This document shows, piece by piece, positions 29,958 to 38,785 of a stretch of DNA of 64,000 bases (the first letter of the stretch is position 1; each line of letters opens with the position of its first letter). The translations under genes and the position numbers were made by a program. Below the pieces are notes generated by a model that worked only from the letters and a program-made list of their open reading frames with translations, searched no databases and was not told the origin of the DNA. This DNA is from an uncultured Chloroflexia bacterium (lineage in GTDB: Bacteria > Chloroflexota > Limnocylindria > QHBO01): NCBI GenBank assembly GCA_963827475.1, contig CAWHAZ010000004.1, positions 1-64,000 of the forward strand, read 5' to 3'.

Positions 29958-30701
29958 TCATACCGGTCCGCTGATCCCGCCGTCCTTGCGGATCCGCCAG
30001 AAGTGGATCGCCAGGAACACGGCGGTGATGAGTGGGAACGCGATCACGTGGTAGACGTAGAAGCGGATGAGAGTCTCCGGACCGATGTCGATGCCGGAGA
30101 AGATGATGAATGCCGACTCGGTCGGGACGACCGGGGCGTAGGCGGCCATCGAGCTGCCGACGTTGACCGCCCAGAACGCGATCTGGTCCCACGGCAGCAG
30201 GTAGCCGGTGAAGCTCAGCCACAGGGTGCAGAACAGCAGGAACGTGCCGACCGCCCAGTTCCACTCCCGCGGCGGCTTGTAGGCCCCGTGGTAGAAGACC
30301 CGCATCATGTGCAGGAACACGGTGAGCACCATGAGGTGGGCGCCCCAGCGGTGCATGTTCCGCACCAGCGAGCCGAAGGCCACGCTGTTCTCGATGGCGA
30401 TGATGTCCTGGTAGGCGCGGTCGACCGACGGGACGTAGAAGAACATCAGGTACAGCCCGGTCACGGTCAGCACCAGGAACAGGAAGAAGCTCACCCCGCC
30501 CAGGCAGAACGTGTACGTGTAGCGGATGGCGTGGCGCTTGACCCGCACCGGGTGCAGGTGGAGGAACACGTTGTTCATGACCGCCAGGGCCCGGGTTCGG
30601 GACGTGGTCGGGTACGGCTGGCGGATCAGGGAGCGCCAGAAGTTCGACTCCTTGACGATCCGGATGGGAAGCCAGTCCTGGCCGGGCGGCTTGCGGGTCA
30701 T
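29958..30701 (-). CDS. Cytochrome b6-like N-terminal subunit (PetB/QcrB-like)
   Basis: FCLGG, RNMHRWGAHLM..FLHMMRV, FTGYLLPWDQ, YHV...IHF. Confidence 0.95.
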   Translation of the reverse strand: MTRKPPGQDWLPIRIVKESNFWRSLIRQPYPTTSRTRALAVMNNVFLHLHPVRVKRHAIRYTYTFCLGGVSFFLFLVLTVTGLYLMFFYVPSVDRAYQDIIAIENSVAFGSLVRNMHRWGAHLMVLTVFLHMMRVFYHGAYKPPREWNWAVGTFLLFCTLWLSFTGYLLPWDQIAFWAVNVGSSMAAYAPVVPTESAFIIFSGIDIGPETLIRFYVYHVIAFPLITAVFLAIHFWRIRKDGGISGPV

Positions 30702-32671
30702 CGCTCGACCACCACCCCGGCCTGCTGTCCGACCTGGCCGAGCACGTTGTCCTTGTAGCTCTCCAACAGGACCTTCCCGTCAGGGGTGAACCGCTCGAGC
30801 TCGAGCCGGTCCATGGTGATGCAGTTGGTGGGGCACCGCTCGACACACAGGTTGCACCGGATGCAGCGCTCCTCGTCGATGACCATCGCGATGCCCTGCG
30901 GCCACGACTGGAACAGGTCGACCTCGGGGTCATCGCCACCCACCTGCGCCTTGTCGACCATGTAGATCACGCCCTCGGGGCAGACGTCAGCGCAGAGCCC
31001 GCACAGAATACAGCGGGGTCCGTCGATGTTGATGTTGTGGTTGCACTGGAGGCAGCGGGCCCCCTCCGAGATCGCGCCGCGGGTGTCGTAGCCGATCTCG
31101 ACCAGCCCGGTGAAGTCGCGCCGCATCTCCGGCGGAGCCATCGGGATGTGCTGGCGCGGGATGGCCTCGTAGAAGCGGGGCATGTCATGGTCGAGCGCCT
31201 GGGTGATCGTCGCCCGGTTGATGACCGGCAGCTCGGCGAGCTCCTCGCCGCGCACGCCGGAGAGCCAGCGGTCGACGGCGCGTGCCGCGCGGCGGCCGAG
31301 GCCGGCGGCCTCGATGATGGTGGCCGGACCGGTGACGTAGTCCCCCACCGCGAACACGCCGTCGACGTTCGAGGCGAACGTGTTCCGATCGGTCACGATC
31401 TTGCCCTTCGCCAGGTCGAACTCGAGCGCGTTGAGCTTGCTGCCATCCGGCCCGATCGGCGTCGAGCCGTTCATCGGCTGGCTGCCCCACGACGAGACCG
31501 AGCCGCCGGCGACCACCTCGCGGGTATCGGTCACCCCGACGTGGCGGTTGAGCGGGGAGCCGTACTCGCCGAGGACGTTGTTGTCCGGGGACTGGCTGGT
31601 GCACGGGATGACCATGTCGCACGGGATGACGAACTCGCTGCCGGGGATGGGCTCCGCGGTCCGCCGTCCGGATGCATCCGGCGGCCCGAGCTTCGTCCGC
31701 TGGAAGACCGCCCCCTTCACGTGGCCGTCGGGGTCGGCCAGGATCTCGACCGGTGCGGCGAAGTACTCGAAGCGAACGCCCTCGAAGCGGGTCTCGTGCT
31801 GCTCCTCCTCGTCGACGACCATCTCCTCCGGGCCGCGGCGGTAGACGACGACGCTGGTCTTGGCGCCCAGGCGCAGCGCGGTCCGGCTGGAGTCCATGGC
31901 GGTGTAGCCGCCACCGACGATGACCACGTGCTCGCCGACCCACTGCTCCCGGCCGAGGTTCGCCCGCTTGAGGAAGTCGACGCCGTAGATGACCCCGTCC
32001 AGCTCCTCCCCGGGGACGTTCATCGCGACCGGGTACATGCAGCCGGTGGCGACGACCACCGCGTCGTGGCGCTCCCGCAGCTCGTCCATCGTGATGTCGC
32101 GGCCGACCTCGACGTTGTAGTGGAACTCCGCGCCGTGCTTGGCGACCCAGTTCACGTCGAGCTCGATCACGTCGCGCGGCAGCCGGAAGGCGGGGACGCC
32201 GATCAGGCACGTCCCACCGCCGGACGGGAGCGCGTCGTAGACATGGACCTCGTGGCCCCAGCCGGCGAGCTCCTTCGCCGCGCTGAGGCCGGCCGGACCG
32301 GCGCCGATGACCGCCACGCTCTTGCCCGTGGCCGGCGCGACCTGGATGTCGTCGGGCATGTTGTTGGCGTAGTGCCAGTCCACGAGGAACCGCTTCATGG
32401 CCCGGATGGCCAGCGGCTTGTCGATGTCCGCGCGGCGGCACGCCTTCTCGCACGGGGCGGAGCACACGTAGCCGCAGATGGCAGCCACCGGGTTCGGGTC
32501 GCGGGCGAGGATGTACCCCTCCTCGAATCGGCCCTCCGCGGCGAGCATCAGGTAGCCGCGGCAGTTGGTGTTGACCGGGCAGCCTTCCTGGCACTCGATG
32601 TTGCACTGGAGCCAGTCGACCCCGACCTCCGCCGTCTGGAAACGAAGGGGCACCGCTTCCCGGGCAGTCAT
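30698..32671 (-). CDS. GltD/NfnB-family FAD/NAD(P)H oxidoreductase with C-terminal 2x[4Fe-4S] ferredoxin
   Basis: CQEGCP, CGYVCSAPCEKACRR, GAGPAG, GGGYTAMD, YRR, RCLQC, CILCGLCADVCP, CIRCNLCVERCP. Confidence 0.92.
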   Translation of the reverse strand: MTAREAVPLRFQTAEVGVDWLQCNIECQEGCPVNTNCRGYLMLAAEGRFEEGYILARDPNPVAAICGYVCSAPCEKACRRADIDKPLAIRAMKRFLVDWHYANNMPDDIQVAPATGKSVAVIGAGPAGLSAAKELAGWGHEVHVYDALPSGGGTCLIGVPAFRLPRDVIELDVNWVAKHGAEFHYNVEVGRDITMDELRERHDAVVVATGCMYPVAMNVPGEELDGVIYGVDFLKRANLGREQWVGEHVVIVGGGYTAMDSSRTALRLGAKTSVVVYRRGPEEMVVDEEEQHETRFEGVRFEYFAAPVEILADPDGHVKGAVFQRTKLGPPDASGRRTAEPIPGSEFVIPCDMVIPCTSQSPDNNVLGEYGSPLNRHVGVTDTREVVAGGSVSSWGSQPMNGSTPIGPDGSKLNALEFDLAKGKIVTDRNTFASNVDGVFAVGDYVTGPATIIEAAGLGRRAARAVDRWLSGVRGEELAELPVINRATITQALDHDMPRFYEAIPRQHIPMAPPEMRRDFTGLVEIGYDTRGAISEGARCLQCNHNINIDGPRCILCGLCADVCPEGVIYMVDKAQVGGDDPEVDLFQSWPQGIAMVIDEERCIRCNLCVERCPTNCITMDRLELERFTPDGKVLLESYKDNVLGQVGQQAGVVVER

Positions 32672-32771
32672 GGGCGTTCGCAGTTCATCGAGCGTCCCCT
32701 TTGGATCCCCCAGCGGTCGGCTCCGGATTTCCGGCGGTGAACCGGTGTTCGAGGCGGATTTCAGCGGTTCG

Positions 32772-32801
32772 ATGCTACCCGTCGCCCGCTCGCGGTGTCA
32801 A
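32772..32801 (-). promoter_or_regulatory. Sigma70-type promoter of the flavoprotein-Rieske/cyt b operon
   Basis: TTGACA-18 bp-TAGCAT about 100 nt upstream of the ATG at 32671. Confidence 0.65.
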
Positions 32802-32829
32802 AGACGCGGACCACGGGTTGGGGCACGTT

Positions 32830-34863
32830 TCAGCGGCTGAAGTAGGTCGCCATCACCCTCCGCACGAGCGGGGCCGTGGAGGACCCGCCGGTCCCCAGCC
32901 GGACGCGGGTCAGGATGCTGGCGACCACGATCTCCGGGCTGCCGGTCGGGGCGAACGCGGGGAACAGGGCGTGGGGGTCCGGGCCTCCCGTCTCCGCAGT
33001 CCCCGACTTGCCGGCAACCGGGATCCCGAAGCCGGCGAAGGCCGCGGTTGCGGTCCCGTACGAAAACGTCGTGACCGACTGGAGCGCCGTGACCACGTAC
33101 TCGAGGTCGGCGGGGTCCATATCGATCTGGCGCCGGACCTGCGGTTGGGTCTGGAGCACGATCCCTCCGTCGGGCGTCGTGGCGCTCGTCACGAGTCGGG
33201 GCATCCACAGCGTCCCGCGGTTGGCAAAGGCGGCGTAGGCGAGGGCCTGCTGGAGCTGGGTGCCGAGGAAGGAGCCCTGGCCGATGGCGAGCTGGATCTG
33301 GTCGAACGAGTTGAACGACACGTACTCGCCCGATCCGCGTCGATGGCTCTCGAACCACAGCCGGTCGGGCAGGACGCCACCCGTCTCCGGCACCCAACCG
33401 ATGCCCGTGGGCTGACCGAACCCGAAGTCGGAGATGAGCTGGGTCAGCGCGCTGCGATCTCGCTGGTAGATGAGCATCGACAGCGGCATGTAGGTCGTAT
33501 TGCAGCTGAACGCCATGGCCTCGACCAGGGAGACCAGGCCAGGAAGCTGGTGCTGCTCGAAGTTCACGAACTGGACGCCGCCGAAGTTCCAGGTCGGCGC
33601 GCAGCTCATCCTCGTCGCCGGGCTGGCCACGTCGATCTTCAGGGCCGCGGCGAGCGCGAACGGCTTGAACGAGGAGCCGGTGGGGTAGGCGCTCTCGACC
33701 GCGTTGTTGCGCATCTGCGCCGCACTCGGAGCGGCGAGCGGGGCGCCGCCGATGGTCGTTCCCAAGGTCATGGCGTTGGGGTTGAACGCCGGTGCCGAAG
33801 CGAGCGCCCACACGTCCCCGGTGCGGGGGTCGACCACCGCGGTGGCCGCCTCCGTTCGCCCGGCAAGCGCGTTCTCCGCCGATCGCTGGATGTCGGGCTG
33901 GATGGTGAGATGCACGTCCGCGGCGGGGGTCGACCGCCGGTCGAGGACCCGCAGCGGCGTGCCGCCGAACGGCTCGGCGACCAGCGCCCGCGCGGCGCGA
34001 CCCCGGAGCGGTCCCTCGGCGCTGGCTTCCACCCCGAGCCGGCCGATGAGCTGGCCGGACTGGTAGCGCCCGGCGGCCGGTTGGGTGGCGGCCTCGTCCG
34101 CCGTCAGCGGCGTCGCGTAGCCGATCGTCTGGCCGGCCAGCGTCTCCTGGGGGTAGATCCTGACCCCGTCGGCACGGGATTCGGCCAGCACCGTCCCGTC
34201 GGCGGCGAGGATGCGGCCCCGGGTCGGCAGCGGGCCCTCTTCGAGGCGGAACGTGCCCCCGGTCGAGCCCAGGGCCGCGAAGAGGAGCTCGGGCGTCCAG
34301 CGAATCGCCCAGCCGTCCGCGCCCGCGGTCAGGTCCATCCTCCGCGCGAGCTCCAGGTCGCCGAAGACGTCTGTGTGGAAGGTGAGCTCCACGTGTGCTC
34401 GGATGGCGGGGACCGGACCGGCCACGACCTCGCCCGTTTCGTCTGAGCCGGGAATCGGCGCTTCGGACGGGTCCGGCGCGGGCAGATCGACGGGGCGTGC
34501 CTCCGGCGGCCGGGCGACGGGCTCGATGCCCACGATCTCCGCGTCCATCCCGGTCAGTCCGACGGCCTCCGCGAACGAGCCATGCTGTCTCGCGAACCCG
34601 ACCCGGGTGTACCGGCCACGGTCGGCGGCGGCGAGCAGCTCGTACATCCGTTCGTAGGACCCGGTGCGCCAGCGCACGAGATAGCGCTCGACCACCGACC
34701 GCGCCTGCTCTTCGGCCGTGTTGGGCGTCGGCTGGCCCGCCCGTGCCACACCGACGGTCGGCGTCCGCGGCATCGGTGGCATCTGTGGCGGCGGCACCTG
34801 TCCGGCCAGCAGGACCGCGACCGCCAGCCCGATGACCGGGATCCGGGCTGCGTGGCGGTTCAA
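32830..34863 (-). CDS. Class B penicillin-binding protein with NTF2-like (MecA_N-type) domain; start uncertain
   Basis: RGRILAADG, SxxK (GSSFK), SCN, KSG. Confidence 0.9.
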   Translation of the reverse strand: MNRHAARIPVIGLAVAVLLAGQVPPPQMPPMPRTPTVGVARAGQPTPNTAEEQARSVVERYLVRWRTGSYERMYELLAAADRGRYTRVGFARQHGSFAEAVGLTGMDAEIVGIEPVARPPEARPVDLPAPDPSEAPIPGSDETGEVVAGPVPAIRAHVELTFHTDVFGDLELARRMDLTAGADGWAIRWTPELLFAALGSTGGTFRLEEGPLPTRGRILAADGTVLAESRADGVRIYPQETLAGQTIGYATPLTADEAATQPAAGRYQSGQLIGRLGVEASAEGPLRGRAARALVAEPFGGTPLRVLDRRSTPAADVHLTIQPDIQRSAENALAGRTEAATAVVDPRTGDVWALASAPAFNPNAMTLGTTIGGAPLAAPSAAQMRNNAVESAYPTGSSFKPFALAAALKIDVASPATRMSCAPTWNFGGVQFVNFEQHQLPGLVSLVEAMAFSCNTTYMPLSMLIYQRDRSALTQLISDFGFGQPTGIGWVPETGGVLPDRLWFESHRRGSGEYVSFNSFDQIQLAIGQGSFLGTQLQQALAYAAFANRGTLWMPRLVTSATTPDGGIVLQTQPQVRRQIDMDPADLEYVVTALQSVTTFSYGTATAAFAGFGIPVAGKSGTAETGGPDPHALFPAFAPTGSPEIVVASILTRVRLGTGGSSTAPLVRRVMATYFSR

Positions 34864-34888
34864 CGACCCAGCCCCCCGGCGACGACGC

Positions 34889-37387
34889 TCAGGTCCCACT
34901 CCCGACCGGGACGGCGACCGGCTCGGTCCGGTCGGCCGGGGTTGGCGCCAGTGGGAGCCGGATGATCCGATGCGGTTCGCCGACGAGCTGGCTCTCGGCC
35001 CACTCGAGGACGGCCTCGTCGTGCGTGAACAGGATGAGCTGCCGCTCGGCGGCCATCGCGTGCAGCATGTCGAGGATCGCCCGCCGCCGGCCCGCGTCGG
35101 CCTGGGCGGTGACCTCGTCGAGGAGCATCGGCGCCACCTCGGCGGTAGTGACCAGGTGCTGTGCCATCGCCATCCGCAACAGCAGGTAGACCTGCTCGCG
35201 GGTCCCTCCCGACAGGAGGCGGGCCTGGCGCCAGGCGCCGGTCGCTCGCTCCTTGACCTCGATCGACAGGTCCGCCGGGTTCACTCCGGCCTCTTCGTAG
35301 ACGCCACCGCTGAGGATCGGCAGCCATTGACGGATCGCGGCCGCCAGCAGCGGGGCCAGGTCGCGGTGCACCTGGCGCTGGGCGGCCTCCAGCAGACCGA
35401 GGGTCTCGTCGATGAGGCCGGCGAGCTCGGTGACCTGCTCCAGGCGGCGTCGCGCGGTGGCGGCGGCCTCCTCGGCCGCCGGGACGTCGATGAGATCCGC
35501 CTCCCGCACCGCAAGCGCCCCGGACAGCGAGGCGGCGCGCTCGCGCTGCCGCTCCACCTCGGCCGCGGCGGACGCCTCGTCGATCCCGTCAGCGCTTCCC
35601 TCCTCGGCGCCCGCTGCCGTCGTCAAGGATCCGGCCGTCGCTTCCAGTCGAGCGGCCTCGGCGGCCAGCTCGGCGACCGTCTGACCGTCCAGCAGCCCGG
35701 TCAGCTCCTCGTACTCGCGAATCGACCGCTCGGCCTGCTCGGCCTGTGCCGCCCGGCGGGTGCGCCATGCCTCGAGGCCGGCGACCACCATCTCGATCGG
35801 GGCATCGACCGCTTCTGGGACATCCGCCGAGGTTGCCGCGGCCCGCAGGAAGCGCTCCGCCTCCGCGCCCGCGCGCGCCCGGTCGGCGGCGGCCTGCTCC
35901 GCGGCGCGGGCCGTCGTCAGCTCGTGTTCCAGGGCGACAGCGCCCGCCGCCGCGGCGGCGACCTCCGCCCGCTCGCGGCACGCCGCCTCGTATTCGGCGG
36001 CAGCGGCCCTTGGGTCGCTGCCGGGCTCCACCCCACGCGCCCGCAGCGCTGTCGCCAGCGCCGCGCGGGCTGCGACCGTCCGTTCCTCCGCGGCGGCGGG
36101 CAGAGCCGAGCCAATGGCTTGCCCCTCCGTCCTCTGGCGGGCCCTGGCCAGGACGGACCAGCCGACGATGCCCACGGCCAGCGCTCCGAGCAGCCCACCA
36201 AGCACCGGGGCGCCGAGCAGCAGGGCGACGGCGGCGACCCCAAGGAGCAGTGCCCCGGCCACCAGCGGCGCTATCGGCCAGGACCGCTGCTCGCGACCGG
36301 ACCCAACGTCCGAGGCCGCCTCGTCGAGCGCGCGTTGCGCCTCCTCGGCGAGCTCCAGCTCGCGGACGGCGGCCACGACCTCGTCCGCTGGTCGGAGGTC
36401 CCCGGACGGCCGTGGCGGCAGGGCATGCAGCTCGGCCTCGATCTCGGCGCTCAGGCGCTCGACCATGACCGGCTCAGTCGGCCGCGTCTTCCAGCCGGCG
36501 AGCGCAGCCGCGACCTCATCGGCCAGCTCGTCCCGGGCGGCCAGCTCCGCCGGCGGGATGGGATACCGGTCCGCCAGCTCCGCCGCGCGATCGGCCCGCC
36601 GACGGGTGGCTACGGCCGCGGCTTGGGCGGCCCCCAGCCGGGCGACGGTCAAGCGACGTTCGGCCTGCGCCAGGGCATCAGCCGCCGCTTCGGCCTGCGC
36701 GTGCTGGTCGAGATAGGCGGCGTGCCGGCGGCGTGCCTCCACGAGCTCCTCGTCGCGCGCGGCGACTTCGCGCATGGCCGTGCGCAGCGGCCCCTTGGCG
36801 ACGGATGTATCGGCCCCAACGGCGCGGCGGCGGTGCTCCCGGAGCCGTTCGATGGCGCCGGCCGCCGTCGCATCGGTCCCGTGCGCGGCAGCCGCGCGCT
36901 GCATGTGCTGCTGGAGCTCGTCCGCGCTGTCGGCCACGGCCAGCATCTCGCCCTGTCCGACGGCGAGCGTTGACGCGAACGCGTCGCGGTCAAGGCCGAG
37001 CCAGATCGACGCATCGGGCGTCCCGTCGGGTCTGGTGATCTCGGCCGACACGTCGACTCCGAGGTCGAGATCGGTCGCGCGGCAGGCGACCTTGCCGAGC
37101 AGATCCTGGACGAGGTCGATGCGCCGATCCGCGAGGTGTATGCGGGCCTCGACCGCCCATCGGTCTGGGTCGTCCCACGGGCGGTGCCGCTCCTCGAGCG
37201 CGGCCGCCTCCTTCGTGGCGCTGCCCCTGCCGCGGCGAACGCCGGTGAGCGCCATGCGGATCGCGGCATGCCAGGTGGTCTTGCCCGCCTCGTTCGGGCC
37301 GAAGACGACGTTCAGACCCGGCCCGAGCTCCAGGCTCTGGTCACGCAGCGCGCCGAAGGCCCGTGCGGTGACCCGCTCGATCCACAT
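34889..37387 (-). CDS. SMC/SbcC-like (YhaN-type) coiled-coil ATPase
   Basis: GPNEAGKTT, long coiled coil, LSGGTREQ, LLDE, FTH. Confidence 0.88.
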   Translation of the reverse strand: MWIERVTARAFGALRDQSLELGPGLNVVFGPNEAGKTTWHAAIRMALTGVRRGRGSATKEAAALEERHRPWDDPDRWAVEARIHLADRRIDLVQDLLGKVACRATDLDLGVDVSAEITRPDGTPDASIWLGLDRDAFASTLAVGQGEMLAVADSADELQQHMQRAAAAHGTDATAAGAIERLREHRRRAVGADTSVAKGPLRTAMREVAARDEELVEARRRHAAYLDQHAQAEAAADALAQAERRLTVARLGAAQAAAVATRRRADRAAELADRYPIPPAELAARDELADEVAAALAGWKTRPTEPVMVERLSAEIEAELHALPPRPSGDLRPADEVVAAVRELELAEEAQRALDEAASDVGSGREQRSWPIAPLVAGALLLGVAAVALLLGAPVLGGLLGALAVGIVGWSVLARARQRTEGQAIGSALPAAAEERTVAARAALATALRARGVEPGSDPRAAAAEYEAACRERAEVAAAAAGAVALEHELTTARAAEQAAADRARAGAEAERFLRAAATSADVPEAVDAPIEMVVAGLEAWRTRRAAQAEQAERSIREYEELTGLLDGQTVAELAAEAARLEATAGSLTTAAGAEEGSADGIDEASAAAEVERQRERAASLSGALAVREADLIDVPAAEEAAATARRRLEQVTELAGLIDETLGLLEAAQRQVHRDLAPLLAAAIRQWLPILSGGVYEEAGVNPADLSIEVKERATGAWRQARLLSGGTREQVYLLLRMAMAQHLVTTAEVAPMLLDEVTAQADAGRRRAILDMLHAMAAERQLILFTHDEAVLEWAESQLVGEPHRIIRLPLAPTPADRTEPVAVPVGSGT

Positions 37388-37390
37388 CGG

Positions 37391-38482
37391 TCAGGCCACC
37401 TCCAGCTCAGCCCGGTCCTCGAAGGCCCGCAGGCCGAGGAGGACCACGCGGTGGCGGCGTTCCGGGTCGGAGATCTCGAGCGCGGTCCGCAGAAACTGCC
37501 CGCGCACGGTCGCCTCCTCGGCGATGGCCGCCAGGTCGTACCCGACCATGACGCGGTCGCGGCGGATGACGAGCCCATCGAGGTGGCCGCCGAGGGCGGC
37601 GAGATCCGCGCCGTCGACCCGGACCACGGGCGCGACCGTCCCGGTGAGGGTCACCCGGACTGAGCCCCGCAGGCCGCCGACCACGGCGTTGACCCGGTCC
37701 CGTACGTCGTCCGCGTGCTCGCAGCCGTCGAGCGCGACCTCGACGTCGTGGACCTGGCTGACGGCGACCACGCGTCGCTCGCGTTGCACGAGGCCGTCCG
37801 GCCCGACTGTGGCGAGGACCGCTGCCCGCTCACCGGTCTCGCCAAACTCGAGCGGATCCGGGTTGCCCGGGTAGGTGTGGCGCTCCGCGTCCTTCGGCAG
37901 GTGGAAGTGTCCGAGGAACGCGTGGGCGAAGCCGGCGGCCTCGATCTCCGCCGCGTCGAAGGGGGCGTGGGGCTGCTTCCCGCTCTCCTGGGCCGTCAAC
38001 CAGCTCCGTTCCGAGGCGTGGGCAAGGGCGATGTGGACTCCGCCGCCGACGGCGCGGGCGGAACCGAAGAAGTCGTCGGTGTTGGCCGGCGCGCGGTGGG
38101 CCGCCCCCCACAGGGTTACCCCATCGGTGAGGGGGACCGGTACCAGCTGCGCATCGGTGAACACGTGGACGTTCGGGCTCCAGTGGGTCACCGCGTACGG
38201 GCTCTGGGGTCCGTACCAGTCATGGTTGCCCGGCGCGAGGAAGATCGGTCTGCTGCTCCGGGCGAAGCTGGACTGCAGGAAGGCGACGGTGTCCGGCTGG
38301 ACGCGGTCGTGCTCGAACAGGTCGCCGGCGCACAGGATCGCATCCACCTGCTCGGCTTCGGCCAGGGCCAGGATGCGGGCCAGGGTGTCGCGCCGATGCT
38401 GCCGCCGTCGGTGAGCGGCCTCCGGCTCGAGCCAGGCGAACGGGGCGTCGAGATGGAGGTCCGCGAAGTGCAGCAGCTTCAT
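37391..38482 (-). CDS. SbcD/Mre11-like metallophosphoesterase nuclease
   Basis: HFADLHL, AGDLFE, PGNHD, LGHFH, YPGNP. Confidence 0.92.
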   Translation of the reverse strand: MKLLHFADLHLDAPFAWLEPEAAHRRRQHRRDTLARILALAEAEQVDAILCAGDLFEHDRVQPDTVAFLQSSFARSSRPIFLAPGNHDWYGPQSPYAVTHWSPNVHVFTDAQLVPVPLTDGVTLWGAAHRAPANTDDFFGSARAVGGGVHIALAHASERSWLTAQESGKQPHAPFDAAEIEAAGFAHAFLGHFHLPKDAERHTYPGNPDPLEFGETGERAAVLATVGPDGLVQRERRVVAVSQVHDVEVALDGCEHADDVRDRVNAVVGGLRGSVRVTLTGTVAPVVRVDGADLAALGGHLDGLVIRRDRVMVGYDLAAIAEEATVRGQFLRTALEISDPERRHRVVLLGLRAFEDRAELEVA

Positions 38483-38528
38483 CGGTGGCAAGGATACGGT
38501 CCGCGGCGTGACAGCTCGGGCGTCGCGG

Positions 38529-38684
38529 CTACGCCTCCTGGGCGCGGCGCAGCTCGACGGCGAGCAGGACGACGGCGACGGCGAGCAGCAGATGGACGAT
38601 CGGACCGATCTCCACCAGCAGCCCGAGCAGCCAGCCGACCACGCACAGACCGATCCCGATCCACGCCAGCGAGATCCCGTTCAT
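38529..38684 (-). CDS. Small two-helix membrane protein (lmo0937-like)
   Basis: WLLGL..IGPIVHLLLAVAVV pattern; ATGA overlap with the upstream ORF. Confidence 0.6.
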   Translation of the reverse strand: MNGISLAWIGIGLCVVGWLLGLLVEIGPIVHLLLAVAVVLLAVELRRAQEA

Positions 38685-38785
38685 GGAACGGGGTTGGTGA
38701 GCGACACGAGGCCCAGGACCGCGGCGATGATGGCCAGGCCGATGAGGGCGACCGCCACGGTGGCGGCCACCTCGCGGCCCCTCAC
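38681..38785 (-). CDS. 34-aa single-TM microprotein
   Basis: GTG overlaps the bcp stop and its TGA overlaps the next ATG; one hydrophobic helix. Confidence 0.5.
   Translation of the reverse strand: MRGREVAATVAVALIGLAIIAAVLGLVSLTNPVP

Noticed and set aside
30698-32671. Flavoprotein as the glutamate synthase small subunit or DsrL of a dsr pathway
   Set aside because: No gltB or dsr genes are adjacent, and the gene is translationally coupled to cytochrome b.
34889-38482. Nuclease + SMC ATPase pair as a Wadjet/Lamassu-type defence system
   Set aside because: There is no kleisin/KITE or effector partner, and the nuclease is Mre11/SbcD-type in a housekeeping context.
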